Shown piece after piece: positions 9,901 through 18,789 of a stretch of DNA of 64,000 nt (position 1 is the first letter of the stretch; each line of letters starts with the position of its first letter). The DNA comes from Candidatus Glassbacteria bacterium. GTDB lineage: Bacteria > Gemmatimonadota > Glassbacteria > GWA2-58-10. The stretch covers positions 449,225 to 513,224 of the forward strand of contig CAVVYO010000004.1 of NCBI GenBank assembly GCA_963752515.1, written 5' to 3'. A model generated the notes under the pieces. It saw only the letters and a program-made list of their open reading frames with translations, searched no databases and had not been told where the DNA came from. The position numbers and the translations under genes were made by a program.

Positions 9901-10754
9901 ACTATGACCTGCAGATCAGGGCCACGGATGATTTCTGGCTGCGCAACCGCAATGCCAACATCAAGCTCGAGGCCGACATCCACGCGGTCCAGCGCGACAG
10001 CCTGCCGGTGATCAACGGCGAGATCAGGACTGTCGCCGGCTTCTATAACCTCTATGGCCGTCGCTTCCGCATCCGTCAGGGCTACATCCGCTTCCGCGGC
10101 CAGGCGGACATCAACCCGCTGCTTTACATCAATGCCGAGCGCTCGGTTCGCGGCAAGGTCCTGCGCAGCGATTTCTTCGGCTCCTCGGCCGGCTACCGCA
10201 GCATCCTCGGGACCACGATCCCCGGCGAGCAGTACGAGATCGACCTCAACACCTTCGAGCTGCGGATCGCCGGGACCCTCAGTTCCCCGCAGTTCGAGAT
10301 CGCGGTGCTGGACCGGGACAACCGGGCGATCGAGTTGCCGATCACCCAGGAAACCGCCCGGATGCTGGTGATCTTCGACCAGACCTTCCAGGAGTTCCAG
10401 CAGCAGGCCGGGCTCTCCCAGAGCAAGCTGCTGGACCAGGCGGCCAACCTGGCGCTCAACCAGGCCAACCCCTACCTGCAGGAGTTCACCGGGCTGGACG
10501 AGCTGAGCTTCGAAAGCCAGCTCTTCGACCAGGCCCTCGGCTCGCAGGACCCGCAGGACCGGGCCAGCGCCAAGATCATCCTCGGCGAGTTCCTCTCCGA
10601 GTCGATCTTCTTCAGCTTCTCCCAGGACCTGATCGATCCCGCGGCGCGCAGCGCCCAGATCGAGTACATCCTGGGCCGCACCAGCTCGCTGGTCACCCAG
10701 ACCGATTCGCGGGGGCATTTCAGCCTGGACTACCGTTTCCGGCTCAGGTACTGA
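6951..10754 (+). CDS. tamB: Translocation and assembly module protein TamB (DUF490 family)
   Basis: 1267-aa ORF with a GTG start and an N-terminal membrane anchor (LRLLALLLVLLAVVGAAALFLAF). The body is a long beta-rich repeat region and the C-terminal region is TamB-like (...ELRIAGTLSSPQFEI...). It is paired with the Omp85 gene upstream. Confidence 0.8.
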   Translation: MEERQDSDRETGQLPTAEPPRPERPGRLAVFARRWRCHPALAALRLLALLLVLLAVVGAAALFLAFQRYRPELESWLGRVVDDQSRRLFAVEATFSRMEISALGNFTFHDFRLADPHDSTGWFLTSDRIEVRFDPLYLLWRGITLTELEIYGGDIYIHRDRLAHSTNINRLFRSRRGGGGGGGMGSRVRLRKFVLDDCRVRLVNIDDQEIDNRVHRLEGSFTRIAGELAIEVGESSVNTNYWKLGEVAVSGIFVIRRDWLGFRGTRAVKGATDLTGNGFVDFDKESYEYALKPGTVDLEHLPESIRFDNSLHGVARVSGSFGGSFDSSRVDLALAAPQGEFFGYPVRDFSSRLVYDSGRLAFEGMDLGILDGRARAELEFRFGRAGAGYTVRLEADRVRPGQLQFPRLRGIEGVLSGSLQLEGSGYDAAGLTLSGRARGLRGQLFGVPIDSAGAAFSYRRSQVTIDDLAVYSRGALATALGDVRRGELFLFVLVEDLPLSRVRRFLPAETAGLNARAEFSGSLTGSLEDPAVKGTFGLDSLSWREFRAARAVGDADLEHLFTGAPRGQVELSLERVGYRELALESVQAQAEVLEDGRISFHPLVAVLDSASRLQAEGILSLGPGSGKARVLLDSLQASYRGVEFRSGGSTLVEITPDSVRVPSLRASALEGELQGTLGFYGEGGLHADLSFDEINLSHLARLAGTPARIEGMLGGHLRAGGTRAAPRVELEIGVRDPFLAVLSGRRLEAEAVLADNELRISRLELSDSTAALTASGVIPVDFPAGEAGVFPLEEKRQISLTARLQDYPISRVVTETLPLSAGVLAGDLRIGGTLADPDLEGELTLREGRGLIAPINMRLDRMNGRIVFEPDAIRIEEFSSSSPEGRLMISGRIPLKGLRPDSLDLKVFGREMVFQQFRYVTTLRMNADLTATGPIGDPLLAGQVQVIGGEVNPLIGQGMQMSEEQRAELAREAEPIRLPASPIDYDLQIRATDDFWLRNRNANIKLEADIHAVQRDSLPVINGEIRTVAGFYNLYGRRFRIRQGYIRFRGQADINPLLYINAERSVRGKVLRSDFFGSSAGYRSILGTTIPGEQYEIDLNTFELRIAGTLSSPQFEIAVLDRDNRAIELPITQETARMLVIFDQTFQEFQQQAGLSQSKLLDQAANLALNQANPYLQEFTGLDELSFESQLFDQALGSQDPQDRASAKIILGEFLSESIFFSFSQDLIDPAARSAQIEYILGRTSSLVTQTDSRGHFSLDYRFRLRY

Positions 10755-10794
10755 ACCAAAAAGCGGTGCAGGGGTAAAATGGCTACCCAAATCG

Positions 10795-10823
10795 TTGACA
10801 GATTGTCGACCGGACTATATTAT
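10795..10823 (+). promoter_or_regulatory. Candidate sigma70 promoter (TTGACA-N17-TATTAT)
   Basis: TTGACA at 10795-10800, a 17-nt spacer, then TATTAT at 10818-10823. It is upstream of the TPR gene at 11010. Confidence 0.4.
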
Positions 10824-11009
10824 TTCCGAATCGGCAGATCCGCCGGTCGGGAAACTGCAACTCAAGGCATTGCACATCAAGAGCTTGGGGCAGACTTGAT
10901 CCGGTGGTGAATAACCCCGCCCGGGGCGCCGTCCAAACTGTCGGATCTGAACGGATTTCACATCAGAATCAACTGAAACCGAAGCCTCAAGCTTCTGGAG
11001 AACCAAGCG

Positions 11010-12707
11010 ATGAGCGGAAAGATGGCCAAACTGACCCTGCTGGCGGGAGCGTTCAGCTTGCTTGTGGCCCAGGCCATGATGACCGGGGCGTTCGCCCAGG
11101 GTTCCGGCCGGCCGACAGTGCTGGTGCTGCCGCCGCAGTCGGAACTGGACCGCAAAGTGGTCACCAGCTTCCAGTGGGACCTGGCCAAGACCCTGGACAA
11201 GTCCGGCAGCTTCGATATCGTCAAGCAGAGCGATTTCGAGAAATTCCTGAAGGAAAACAAGCTCGAGAGCGAGCGGAATTTCTCCGACTCGGCCGTGGTC
11301 AACCGGATGATGGAGAGCCTGGGCGCCAACATCTACACCGTCGGCTCGCTCAAGCAGGCCGGCGGCCCGGGCACCCAGTTCTCGGCCGATGTGGACTTTC
11401 TGTTCGCCGGCCAGGAGTTCCGGATCGATGGCCAGGAAGTGGCGGTCGGCAACGAAAAGCAGACCGAGGACCTGGCCAAGCAGGTGGCCGAGCCGCTGCT
11501 CAAAGCCTCGGAACTGATCAGCCGCCAGTCGATCGCCCGCTCCTACTTCAACAGCGCGATCTACGACAAGGCGATCGAGAACTACAAGAAGGTGCTGGAA
11601 CTCAAGCCCGGCGATGTGGAGGTCTTCTACATGATCGCCACCAGCCACCTCAAGATGAACGAAACCGAAGTCGCGCTCCAGGAGTACGAGCAGATCCTGG
11701 CCCAGCAAGATCCGAAGCATGAGGCGACCCGCCGGATCCTGGCCCAGACCTATTTCTCCCAGGAGAAGTTCGACCAGGCCCTGACCCACTACCAGACCCT
11801 GGCCGAGCAGCACCCCGATGACTACGGCTACACCCAGTACTGGGCCTACACCCTGGTCAAGCTCAACCGCAACGAGGAGGCCCTGGAGGTCTTCCGCAAG
11901 CTGACCGGGATCAAGGACGAGGACCCCGGCATCCGGATGCAGATGGGCTACATGCAGTACACGATGATGGACGCCAAGGACAAGGCCGGCGAGGCCGAAG
12001 CCGCCAAGCCGCTCTCCGCCGCGGCGGTGGCGGACTTCCAGCGGGCGTCCGAGCTGTTCCAGCAGCAGGAAACTCCCTCGCCCGAGGATCAGAAGCGGCA
12101 TCTCGACTGCATGAACCTCAAGGCCCTCTGCCTGAACAAGGCCGGCCAGAAGCAGGCGGCGCTGCAGGCCTACCAGGCCATTGTCGAGAAACAGCCCGAC
12201 TACCCGAATGTCTACTACTTCATGGGCCAGCTCTCCAGCGACCTGGGCCGCGACCTCGAGGCCGCCAAGTACTACAAGGAAGCGGTCAAGACCATGCCCG
12301 AGAGCTCCCAGTGGGGCATCTACCACAACATCGGCTCGATCTACCGCAAGGCCAATGACCTCGGCCAGGCGATCGAATTCTTCGGCAAGGCCCTGCCGAT
12401 CGCTCCCGCCGACCGCAAGGAGACAGTCTACCTGATGCGCGGCCTGAGCTACTACGATCGCGGCAACGAGCTGGACTATGCCACGCAGGAGGATGCCGAC
12501 CTGGACGCCCTGATCGAGGGCGGGCAGATGACCAAGGCCAAGGCCGACCAGGCCCTCCAGATGTACGCCAGCGCCGAGCAGGACCTGACGAGGGTCAACG
12601 GCAAGTACGCCAAGACCGCCCAGCAGCACATCCAGAACATCGTGATCCTGCGGGAACGGCTGGACAAGATCAAGAAGCAGATCGACTACTACGAGAAGAC
12701 CAAGTAA
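11010..12707 (+). CDS. Secreted tetratricopeptide-repeat (TPR) protein
   Basis: 565 aa with a signal peptide (MAKLTLLAGAFSLLVAQAMMTGAFAQ) and multiple TPR-like units (...AIENYKKVLELKPGD..., ...ALTHYQTLAEQHPDD..., ...AIEFFGKALPIAP...). Confidence 0.8.
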   Translation: MSGKMAKLTLLAGAFSLLVAQAMMTGAFAQGSGRPTVLVLPPQSELDRKVVTSFQWDLAKTLDKSGSFDIVKQSDFEKFLKENKLESERNFSDSAVVNRMMESLGANIYTVGSLKQAGGPGTQFSADVDFLFAGQEFRIDGQEVAVGNEKQTEDLAKQVAEPLLKASELISRQSIARSYFNSAIYDKAIENYKKVLELKPGDVEVFYMIATSHLKMNETEVALQEYEQILAQQDPKHEATRRILAQTYFSQEKFDQALTHYQTLAEQHPDDYGYTQYWAYTLVKLNRNEEALEVFRKLTGIKDEDPGIRMQMGYMQYTMMDAKDKAGEAEAAKPLSAAAVADFQRASELFQQQETPSPEDQKRHLDCMNLKALCLNKAGQKQAALQAYQAIVEKQPDYPNVYYFMGQLSSDLGRDLEAAKYYKEAVKTMPESSQWGIYHNIGSIYRKANDLGQAIEFFGKALPIAPADRKETVYLMRGLSYYDRGNELDYATQEDADLDALIEGGQMTKAKADQALQMYASAEQDLTRVNGKYAKTAQQHIQNIVILRERLDKIKKQIDYYEKTK

Positions 12708-12739
12708 GCCACTCGGGGCAGTCGCTGCACAAGCTCAAG

Positions 12740-12775
12740 GGGGCCGCCTCCGGTGACAGGAGCGGCCCCTTTTGC
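12740..12775 (+). terminator. Possible intrinsic terminator/attenuating hairpin after the TPR gene
   Basis: GGGGCCGC-14 nt loop-GCGGCCCC followed by TTTTG. Confidence 0.4.
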
Positions 12776-12799
12776 TCAAGCGAGCGGGAGGTTCCACCG

Positions 12800-13651
12800 A
12801 TGCCGTCTTTCCATCCTTCCCCGCGCCGGTCGCTGATGGCGGCCCTGGGGCTACTGTTCGCCGCGCTGCTGGCCGCCGCGCCGCCCTTGTCCGCCCAGCG
12901 CCAGGCCCGGACCCCGACCGAGCGCCAGGGGGCCGAGAGCTACAACCAGGCGGCGAAAGCTTTCGGCTCCGGCAACTACCAGGCCAGCATCCCGCTGTTC
13001 CTGGCGGCGGACAGCCTGATCGGGACCACCGGCCTGGTGGACCGGACCAAGCTGCGCTACGCCCTGGGGGTGGCCTACCAGAAGACCAACCAGCCCGCCA
13101 GGGCCCTGGCGCAGTTCGAATGGGTGGCCGGACAGCGGCCGGATTACCCGCTGATCCAGTTCCAGGCCGCCGAAAGCGCCCGCGAGGCCAAACAGCGCGC
13201 CAAGGCCCTCCAGTATTACCGCCAGGCCCTCCCGACTGTCTCCGGCGAGCAGCAGGCGCTGCTGCACTCCCGGATCGGCGAGCTGCAGTCCGAGCTGGGG
13301 CAGTTGGAGCAGGCCCTGGCCAGCTATGACCGGGCGATCGCGATCACCCCCGCCGCGGGCTACCGCCTGCTGCGCGGCCGGCTCTACGACCGGCAGGCCG
13401 AGCGGCTCGACCATGCCCAGGATGAGAACTACGATTTCGAGGGGGCGATCCGCAGCGGCGAGCTGACCGAGGAGGCCATCAATCGGGCGGGTGAGCTGCG
13501 CCGCAAGGCGCTGGAGGATTACCAGGCGGCCGCCGCCGGCCCGCAGTACGCCGCCGCGGCCGGCAAGCTGCTCGAGCGCTCGCGGGCGATCCTCGACAAC
13601 AACCGCTCGGTGATGGCGGAAATCCGCTATTACAAGGAAAACAACGAGTAA
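12800..13651 (+). CDS. Secreted TPR-repeat protein
   Basis: 283 aa with a signal-like N-terminus (LMAALGLLFAALLAAAPPLSAQ) and TPR-like helices (NYQASIPLFLAA..., ALQYYRQALP..., ALASYDRAIAITP). Confidence 0.7.
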   Translation: MPSFHPSPRRSLMAALGLLFAALLAAAPPLSAQRQARTPTERQGAESYNQAAKAFGSGNYQASIPLFLAADSLIGTTGLVDRTKLRYALGVAYQKTNQPARALAQFEWVAGQRPDYPLIQFQAAESAREAKQRAKALQYYRQALPTVSGEQQALLHSRIGELQSELGQLEQALASYDRAIAITPAAGYRLLRGRLYDRQAERLDHAQDENYDFEGAIRSGELTEEAINRAGELRRKALEDYQAAAAGPQYAAAAGKLLERSRAILDNNRSVMAEIRYYKENNE

Positions 13652-13687
13652 AGGCTGAATCGCTGTCCAATGCATCGCATTGAACAC

Positions 13688-13772
13688 GCGAAAAAGTTTT
13701 GGAAGGTGAGAGGGGGCCCGGGGGAGGGCGGAAACCTTTTTCAAAAGGTTTCCGCCCTCCCCCGGGAAAAGC
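13688..13772 (+). repeat. Family-A intergenic hairpin element, copy 1
   Basis: CGAAAAAGTTTTGGAAGGTGAGAGGGGG arm followed by a ~20-bp perfect hairpin, GGGGGAGGGCGGAAACCTTTT/AAAAGGTTTCCGCCCTCCCCC. It lies between convergent genes. Confidence 0.85.
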
Positions 13773-13794
13773 AAGTCATCTTATTAAATTGGGA

Positions 13795-15582
13795 TCATCC
13801 CCCCAGCGCCGCCAGGCTCTCCTCCACCTGCTGCATGAAACCCTCCTCCAGCGCTTTCAGCCGCTCCCCGGCGGCCTGTTTTTCCGCCTGTACATCCGCC
13901 TCCGGATTGGGCGGGCGCCGCACCCCGAAATAGAACTTGACCTTGGGCTCAGTGCCGCTCGGCCGCATGGTGACCCGGCTGCCATCCTCCAGGAAAAACT
14001 GCAGCACGTTGGAGCTGGGCAGGGCGGTGCGCTCCACCCGGCCGGCGGCAAGGTCCCGCCGCTCGCCGCTCTGCAGGTCCCAGACCCCGGTCACCCGCGC
14101 CCCGGCGATCCGCTCCGGGCTCCGGCGACGGAAGCTCGCCATCAGGGCCCCGATTTCCTCGCCGCCCCGCTGGCCTTTGCGGGTCAACGAGCGCAGCGAC
14201 TCCAGGTACACCCCGTAGCGGGCGAACAGCCGGTCCAGGTAGTCGCCCAGGGTCTGGCCCTGGCTGCCGCACCAGGCCGCCACCTCGGCGATCAGTTGGC
14301 TGCTGACCACGGCATCCTTGTCGCGGGCGTGGGTCCCGACCAGGTAGCCGTAGCTCTCCTCCCCGCCGAACACGAACCGGCGGCCATCCTGCCGCTCCTC
14401 CATCAGCCGGATCTGCTCGCCGATGTACTTGAACCCGGTCAGAGTGTCGATCACCTCGGCGCCGTAGCTCTCGGCGATCGCCCGCTGCAGCTCGGTGGTG
14501 ACGATGGTCTTGACGATCACCGGCCGCGCGGGCATGGTTCCGCGTTGCGAAAGCCGCTCCAGCAGATAATGGCACATCATCGAGCCGATCTGGTTGCCGT
14601 TGGGCAGGATGAACCGGCCATCGCGGGCGCGGTAGGCGATCCCGACCCGGTCGCAGTCGGGATCGGTGGCCAGCACCAGCTCGGCCCCGCTCGCCTGCGC
14701 CCGCTCGATCGCCAACGAGAGCGCCTCGCGCTCCTCGGGGTTGGGCACCCGCACCGTGCTGAACTCGGGATCGGGCTGTCCCTGGCTCTCCAGCACCTCC
14801 ACCCGCTTGAGCCCCATCCGCTCCAGGGCCGGCGGGACCATGGTCACCCCGGTCCCGTGCAGCGGAGTGTAGACCACGCCCAGCCGGTCCCCCTCCTGAC
14901 GGACCAGCTCGGGGTCCACCACCTGGCGGCCCACCGCCTCCAGGAATGCGTGGTCCACCCGCTGGTTCAGCCATTCCAGCAAGCCCTGCCGCTCGGCCTG
15001 CTCGCGATCGAGGCGGCGGACCTCACGGACCGACTTGACCTGACGCACCTCCCGGATGATCCCCTGGTCGTGGGGCGGGACCACCTGGCCGCCATCCTCC
15101 CAGTAGACCTTGTAGCCGTTGTACTCGGGCGGGTTGTGGCTGGCGGTGATCACCACGCCCGCCGAGGCGCCGAGGTGCCGCACCGCGAACGAGAGCTCCG
15201 GGGTCGGCCGCAGTTCCGGGAACAGGTACGCCTTGATCCCATTGCCGGCCAGCACCAGGGCGGTCTCCAGGGCGAACCGGTCGCTCTGGCGGCGGCTGTC
15301 ATGGGCGATCACCGCCGCGGGATGATCGAACCCCTGGGACAGGATGTAGTTGGCCAGCCCCTGGGTGCTCATCCGCACGATGTAGACATTCATCCGGTTG
15401 GTGCCGGGGCCGATCACGCCACGCATCCCGCCGGTCCCGAATTCCAGCTCGGTATAGAAGCGGTCGGTCAGTTCCTCCCAGGCCCGGCGCTCGAACAGGG
15501 CCCGGATCTCCTCCCGGGTTTCGGGATCGAACTCCGGACCCAGCCACTGTTTCGCCTGCTCTTCGATCTTGGAGTCCAGCAT
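13795..15582 (-). CDS. Phosphoglucomutase/phosphomannomutase-family phosphohexomutase
   Basis: Contains GTGGMRG, the active-site loop TASHNPPEYNGYK, and colinear alpha-D-phosphohexomutase domains. The likely start is MLDSKIEEQAKQWL at 15582; the ORF-track start at 15756 is probably an upstream extension. Confidence 0.85.
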   Translation of the reverse strand: MLDSKIEEQAKQWLGPEFDPETREEIRALFERRAWEELTDRFYTELEFGTGGMRGVIGPGTNRMNVYIVRMSTQGLANYILSQGFDHPAAVIAHDSRRQSDRFALETALVLAGNGIKAYLFPELRPTPELSFAVRHLGASAGVVITASHNPPEYNGYKVYWEDGGQVVPPHDQGIIREVRQVKSVREVRRLDREQAERQGLLEWLNQRVDHAFLEAVGRQVVDPELVRQEGDRLGVVYTPLHGTGVTMVPPALERMGLKRVEVLESQGQPDPEFSTVRVPNPEEREALSLAIERAQASGAELVLATDPDCDRVGIAYRARDGRFILPNGNQIGSMMCHYLLERLSQRGTMPARPVIVKTIVTTELQRAIAESYGAEVIDTLTGFKYIGEQIRLMEERQDGRRFVFGGEESYGYLVGTHARDKDAVVSSQLIAEVAAWCGSQGQTLGDYLDRLFARYGVYLESLRSLTRKGQRGGEEIGALMASFRRRSPERIAGARVTGVWDLQSGERRDLAAGRVERTALPSSNVLQFFLEDGSRVTMRPSGTEPKVKFYFGVRRPPNPEADVQAEKQAAGERLKALEEGFMQQVEESLAALGG

Positions 15583-15904
15583 CGGGAAACTTTTCCTTTG
15601 GGTGCGAGGGTGGAAAGTGATCTGCCGCCGGGGCCCGGAACCGCCCGCTCTCGATCGGACCGCACCTGACCTTCCCTCCCCGGCGCGGGACTCCCGGGGG
15701 CTGTGCCCGGAACATCCCGCTATCTCCAGCTTAATGGCTGGGAGGGCGCGAATCAAGGGTTTTGGCCCTGTCCCGGCCTCCCGCGGCTCTGGTCCCGGCG
15801 GCCGGCGACCCGCTCCCCCGGCTCAGTCCCTGATTTCGAAGTTGCGCAACCGGGCCAGCACGCTTATATTTATCATTCGTGCCAGACCCCAAGATGAGTG
15901 CCAC

Positions 15905-15991
15905 GCCGGCGTGGTGGAATTGGTAGACACACGGGACTCAAAATCCCGCGGGTGTGAGCCTGTGTCGGTTCGACTCCGACCGCCGGCACCA
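15905..15991 (+). tRNA. tRNA-Leu (anticodon CAA), CCA encoded
   Basis: GCCGGCG acceptor stem pairs with CGCCGGC. The anticodon loop is CTCAAAA. It has a long variable arm (CGGGTGTGAGCCTGTG), a T-arm GGTTCGACTCC, and a 3-prime ACCA. Confidence 0.9.
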
Positions 15992-15996
15992 ATATC

Positions 15997-16036
15997 AGCG
16001 CATTGTCTCCGGAAGGAGACAATGCGCTTTTCTTTT
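15997..16036 (+). terminator. Rho-independent terminator after tRNA-Leu
   Basis: AGCGCATTGTCTCC-GGAA-GGAGACAATGCGCT followed by TTTCTTTT. Confidence 0.7.
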
Positions 16037-16270
16037 CCCGGCGCTCCTGAACGCCGCGCAGGGCGATGAGCTGTTTGAAGCTCATGGCTGAGACACAACA
16101 TGGTTTGTCGCTCACCAAAGGGCCATTCATGAGCGACAAACCAGGTTGATGCTAATCAATGTGTCACAAACCCAATCATAAGATGGTGCCGATCGCCGGT
16201 CATTCTCCTTCGGCCCCCTGCTTTTCCAATCTTTTCTCCAGCTCAGGGCCGGATGCCGCCCCCCAAATCC

Positions 16271-16308
16271 AAACCCCCGCGCTCCCATCGATGGGAACGC
16301 GGGGGTTT
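16271..16308 (-). terminator. Hairpin downstream of cspA (possible terminator)
   Basis: AAACCCCCGCGxTCCCATC/GATGGGAxCGCGGGGGTTT palindrome just 3-prime of the csp stop. The trailing U-tract is weak. Confidence 0.4.
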
Positions 16309-16335
16309 CATGGCCACGGATGATGCCGCCCGGCC

Positions 16336-16542
16336 TCAGTGCACAGGCTTGACATTCGCGGACTGCAGCCCCTTGGGCCCCTGCACCACCTCGAATTCCA
16401 CTTCCTGATTCTCTGCCAGCGTCTTGAACCCCTCGGACTGGATCGCGGAATAGTGGACGAACACATCCGTCCCATCTTCCCGCTCAATGAAGCCGTACCC
16501 CTTGGATTCATTGAACCACTTGACTTTGCCCCGCGCCATCAA
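16336..16542 (-). CDS. cspA: Cold-shock protein (CspA family)
   Basis: [67 protein letters not shown]1 (KGYGFI) and RNP2 (VFVHY) motifs are present. Confidence 0.92.
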   Translation of the reverse strand: MMARGKVKWFNESKGYGFIEREDGTDVFVHYSAIQSEGFKTLAENQEVEFEVVQGPKGLQSANVKPVH

Positions 16543-16782
16543 CAGGCTCCTTCCACAAAATGACCATCCATCGGCCGCGGATGGGCGAACCCGGCGCCGC
16601 GGACGAGTACTCGGAAAAGGACCGGGACCGCAGTACCGGCCTATTTCAAATTTAGCGCAAAAAGAAACCGGGGCAAGAAAAAATCATCATCTCCGGAGCG
16701 GATCGCCATCGGGAAGATTCCCCGCGGCCACGCGCCTTCCCCTTTGCATTCCAACCGATGCCTGCCACATAGTTGAAACAAT

Positions 16783-16885
16783 GAAAAAGTTTTGGAAAGT
16801 GGAAGGGGGGGTAGGGGGGAAGGCATCCCTGGGGGGAGGGAGCAAATCCCGACCAACGGGATTTGCTCCCTCCCCCCGGAAAAGC
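16783..16885 (+). repeat. Family-A intergenic hairpin element, copy 2
   Basis: Same GAAAAAGTTTTGGAAAGTGGAAGGGGG arm. The hairpin is GGGGGGAGGGAGCAAATCCCG-ACCAA-CGGGATTTGCTCCCTCCCCCC, whose apical stem sequence differs from copy 1 but remains fully paired. Confidence 0.85.
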
Positions 16886-16908
16886 TTGAATTTCTGGTCA
16901 CGTCAGGG

Positions 16909-18419
16909 TCAGCTCTCCCGCGGCGAGGGCTTTCGCAGGCCCGCCGCGGCGGCCGCCCCGGCGATCCTCTCCCCGGCGAACGGCGGAGCCTCGAACATCA
17001 GGCGCACCAGCTCCGGGTAACCCTCCTCCAGCGCGGCCAGGGCCTGCCGCCACTCCTGTGGCCGGGCGGCGGCCAGTTCCTCGCGATGGTCCAGGCAGAG
17101 CGCCAGGTAGGCGGCGCGGGCCCGGTCGCGAGGCTCGGAGGAACCCAGCCCCTGCTCGATCAGCGGAGCGCACAGCTCCTGGAGCTCGGGTCCGCGGTCC
17201 GGCGGGACAGGCAGAGGCTCGACATTGGCCGGACGCTGGACCCTGATCCGGTAGATCCGCCGCCCATCGACCGTGTCGATCTCGCCGCCCGCCCTGGAGG
17301 ATCACCTGCTCGGCCACCGCCAGCAGCCGGTCGCCATAGCGGGTGATCGTCTCATCCTCCGGCATCCCATCGCGGCTGGTGTTGCGGTAGCGGTCGAGCA
17401 CCGGCCAGCCCTGCGCTTCCATCCAGCTCCCGGCCCTGGATCACCCCGAGGATGGTCGCGGCGGTGGCGGCGTTGTTGTCGCAGTCCCAGCCCAGGTTGA
17501 ACGCGATCTGCAGGGTCTCGGCCAGGAATCCATCGCCGTAGAGCAGGGCGGCGATGGTGCAGGCGGTGTTGAGCTCGTAGCCGTTGCCATCGCGGGATGG
17601 CTCCCCGCCGTGGCGCGCCCAGCTCTGGCGGATCAGCTCGCGGGCCTGTCGCCAGTCCTGGGGGTACTGCTCATGCCAGGCGCGGACCTGATCGACAATC
17701 CCCCGCAACTCGCTGGCCGGGTCCAGCGCCTCCAGCCCGGCCGCGATGATCCGGTCCAGCCGGCTGTCGAGGTAGGCCTCGGCGATCATCGCGGTGAAGA
17801 GCTGGGTGGCCTGGGCCGGCTCCCCATCGATCGTGACATGGGTGTAGTTGAGCCCCAGCCGGGCCGCGCTCTGGGGCATCGCCGGGGCCACCAGGCCGAA
17901 CGACTCGCAGATAAACTGGCCGGAGATGTTGAACGAGGACCAGGGATTGAGGGCGCTCCGCCCGGTGAGCGGAGGCTCGAGCCCCAGCTCCATCAACTGG
18001 CGGGCATAGGCATTGGCGCACCAGATCCCGCGGTTGATGTGCGCGCGCCACAGCCCGGCGATCTCCGAAGGCGACAGGAACGCCTCGCCGGCCTGCTGCA
18101 TCCGCCAGATGTAGACCCACTCCAGGTCGGTGTCATCATCGGTATGGGCGCCCTCGGCCAGGTCCGGCGTGTACGTTTCCAGTTGCCCCGGCTCCTGGAT
18201 GTATTTGAACTCGTGCGGCAGCCCGTTGAGGTTGCCGAAAAGCTGGGCCAGCAGCCCGCCGCGCAGCTTGTCCTCCAGCACCTCGGCCGTCAGCTCGACT
18301 GTCGCCGGCCGTTTCTCCCCCAGGGGCGGCAGGTTTTCCCGGCTGTCGCGCTCCCCGCGGGAGCAGGCGATCAAGAGCAGCGACAGCAGCCAGGCCGGCA
18401 GCGCCGATGGCGTTTTCAT
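16909..18419 (-). pseudogene. ADP-ribosylglycohydrolase-family lipoprotein, interrupted by two frameshifts
   Basis: Lipobox (LLLIACS). The ARH-like body (...WRAHINRGIWCANAYARQ..., ...NLGWDCDNNAATAATILGVIQG) continues in a second frame as WMEAQGWPVLDRYRNTSRDGMPEDETITRYGDRLLAVAEQVILQ. It then continues in a third frame to a stop at 16909. Frame changes are near 17420 and 17290. Confidence 0.65.
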
Positions 18420-18721
18420 GGTTCTTCCCCCCGAGGAGTGAGCGCGGATGCGGCCAGGCGGTACCGTCGATGGCCCCGCAATGGAGCAGTCGGCATCAAG
18501 ATACAACGATCCGGCCGGCCGGGCAACCTCTCTGTCCGGCGAGCGAGCTTACGGGCGCACCCCTCACATTTTATCTCCACCCGGACCGGAAAACATCGCC
18601 AAAAGCTTGTAAATATTTCGATCAGGCTGTATCCTATTAGCCTTGTCACCGCAACCTTGAACAAGGCCGTCACTTCGGGCCGGGTCTGTATTTTAGTATT
18701 TTAGCAAGCAATAAAATATTA

Positions 18722-18750
18722 TTGACGAAGCTCTGGCCCTTTGATAAATT
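18722..18750 (+). promoter_or_regulatory. Candidate sigma70 promoter of the cytochrome operon (TTGACG-N17-TAAATT)
   Basis: Located in an AT-richer island 40 nt upstream of the octaheme cytochrome start. Confidence 0.4.
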
Positions 18751-18789
18751 GACCTCGATCCGCCACCACCGGACCGAGGAGGTACCCCC

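Noticed and set aside
6855-10790. 1311-aa minus-strand ORF, and similar long antisense ORFs at 4363-6513, 10815-12629, 13699-15669, 18670-20157, 20241-22244, 22265-24625, 26244-28004, 28777-30186 and 57942-59516
   Set aside because: Each lies opposite a gene with strong family motifs (tamB, tamA, TPR, pgm, cytochromes, YeeE, isomerase, DUF4091, polA). None shows a recognisable motif. They are GC-rich shadow ORFs.
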